Below the pieces are notes generated by a model. That model was given only the letters and a program-made list of their open reading frames with translations, searched no databases and had not been told where the DNA came from. DNA of 64,000 nucleotides from Callorhinchus milii (taxonomy: Eukaryota): contig NW_024704751.1 in assembly GCF_018977255.1 (NCBI RefSeq), positions 14,818,001 through 14,882,000 of the forward strand, in the 5' to 3' direction. A program made the translations under genes and the position numbers. Positions 61,811-64,000 of the stretch are shown here, in pieces. Numbering within the stretch: the stretch's first letter is position 1; each line of letters begins with the position of its first letter.

Positions 61811-64000
61811 CTGGATATTCAATATCTATGATAGTGCTTGACGATGCTGTTTGGTATCAAATGTCTCCAACAACCACTTGATGAATGGCAATGTAAATGC
61901 TAAATCTGCAGGGATTTCCTATTAGTTCACCTATTAGTTGATTAGGACATGTTATTCCTCTTCAGATGTTGGAAGTAAAATATTCTATGTTGGGAAGAAG
62001 GAGAATGAAACTGATCACATTAAATCCCAATGACTGACCCAATGTAGGAAGGGTAGAGTCCATCAAATAGGTTTCAGCAGATTTTGTCTTTTAGGAACTC
62101 AATACCTACTGATTTCTTTTTAAGAAATACCGCAAACTAGATTCAGTTAGACTCCAGAATTATAAATTGTGGAAAATTAAGTGGTCTGGCAGGTGCTGTG
62201 TTACAGTCAAAGAATACTTGTTCAAGAGCAGCATAAAAATATAGACCAGTGGGCCTTATGTATGTAAAATGGATTTGAAATTTATTTGAACGTGGGGTCA
62301 AGGAGACACCTGATTGTTGCACAGTTTTAACTCGCAGCCGTGCCAGGGCAATGGAACTTCATAGCACATTCAGGGCTTGTAATTACGGGGTAATTGAGAT
62401 GGAAATAAATGGCTATGTCTTGAGAAGGAAGAGAGGGCACTGACAAGTTAATAAATTCATGTACTGGGAAAGAAAACTTTTCATATTTGTTGATTTTACT
62501 ATTCAACTGTAAGCTCGTCCCTTTGCAGCTCACTCACCGTAAAGCCCCTGAAGTAGTTAAATTCCAGTCTTGGGGCCAATTTTTGTTCTACCTGAAATAT
62601 TTTTATCAGAAAGCAAACAAAGGATGAGCGCTTTGACCCTGATTCAGTGAAGTGATTGTCCTCAGAGATACGCTCGTCTTCAGTTTCTGTCAGAGCCACT
62701 CATTGGGTTTATGGCAACCAACTTAATATGTCTTTCTGAATAGTGATCAGAGACCTCTGATGGATGCTGTGAATGAATGATGAAGTGCAGCTGTGGTATG
62801 GCATGGTATCAAATAACATCTTCAGTCACCACAGTGAAAATATTTTGAGAGTACATGTTGTAAAATTAATTTCTGGGATCAGAACCTGCTTGCCTGCAGT
62901 AATGGTTATTTTACTGGTATTCATAGCTCTTGTGCATTGTATTTATGTGTCACTCACGCACACAAGTGTAAGGCTAAGTGTGGCTAAGGATGTACTGAGA
63001 ATGATGGGTGAAAAATACTGGTGATGACATCTCATGCCTGACATGTACTTTACTTTGTTCATTCATTTCCCTGAGAGGTGGCTATGCATAACAGTTACCA
63101 TTTTATTATGTCTGTGGATGGAGCTGAAGTTGTGGCAGATTTTCAGTGAAGTGATTGCTGTTCTAAACATTTGATCTGTAAATACGCAAATACTGTAACA
63201 TTTTTTCCCCCCTTAGCTGAGCCTTGAAAGGATTCACTATGAAACTGCACATAGTTGCCAGTCTGTGAAGTCTTGCATTTTAGCTTATTTGGAAATACAT
63301 TTTCTGCCAAGCAAATATAGATGCTCCTTGCAGACATCTCGAAGATGTCACAATGAGCAATATCAAATCCAAGGGTTACTATTTATTATTGTTATTATTA
63401 TTATTATTATTATTGAAGCCCCCTCTATTAGGTCCCAAATTTGGCTTCACTCTAACCCTGATTTGAAAATTTTCAAAGATTCGATTTTTGTTAGTTAAGG
63501 GTATCAAGCGATATGGGGCAAAGGCCGGTGATTGGAGGTGAGGTACAGATCAGCCATGAACTGAGACAACAGGCTCGAGGGGCTGAATGGCCGAGTCCTG
63601 TTCCTATGTTCCTATGAACCCAAGAAATGTATTTCCTATTTCATCAGTGCATGGTCAGCATTTTCCACCCACCATTTTGGCCTCTCTATGCACGACTGGT
63701 GGTTTAGTCAAAGGCATTGCTGAATTATACAAATCTTTGGGTTGTGAAACCTGGCCGAGTCGGGCAAAGGTTGAAACCACGATTCAATTCCCCCCAAGTT
63801 TGTAATAGTTTCAAAAGTAAAAGAATTGGCTTCAAACTGGTACATGCAACACAAACACCTGCACTAATTTTAGCAGCTCTGAGTCACTCCCATTCTATGC
63901 GAAATTCTAGCAACGGGATAAATTGACTTTAAAATTGCGATGGCATTTGAATGAATTAAACGTATCCCTGTTGACAAACTGACTGTGGAGTTCGGAATGC

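Noticed and set aside
55300-64000. Expected SDC3 terminal exon (human neighbour of LAPTM5)
   Set aside because: No RMKKKDEGSY or EFYA coding sequence was found; it is presumably outside the window.

Overview
Vertebrate genomic DNA. The repeat content (a young tRNA-Ala-headed SINE with Deu-like core, CR1/L2 3' fragments, a palindromic element) suggests a cartilaginous fish, probably a chimaera such as Callorhinchus; that assignment is inference. I assembled four intron-containing protein genes by hand, all on the minus strand. (1) TRNAU1AP/SECp43: exons 1-8 at 9940-4618; the last exon was not found and is probably left of the window. (2) PPP1R8/NIPP1: 7 exons, 23406-15870, 347 aa, hosting a SCARNA1-like H/ACA RNA in intron 2. 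(3) MATN1: 8 exons, 38955-27655, 495 aa, with a U12-type AT-AC last intron. (4) A LAPTM-family gene at the LAPTM5 syntenic position: 7 exons, 53337-44142, 232 aa, with LAPTM4-like four-TM architecture. Most supplied ORFs are artefacts of repeats, microsatellites or the 557-N gap. I found no convincing wholly new multi-gene system. Best leads: the four-TM LAPTM next to MATN1 with a repeated PY/YxxPhi tail; a candidate frameshifting poison exon in TRNAU1AP; a second perfect U12 donor just after the MATN1 stop codon; and AT-to-GC-shifted SINE copies at CpG-island promoters.
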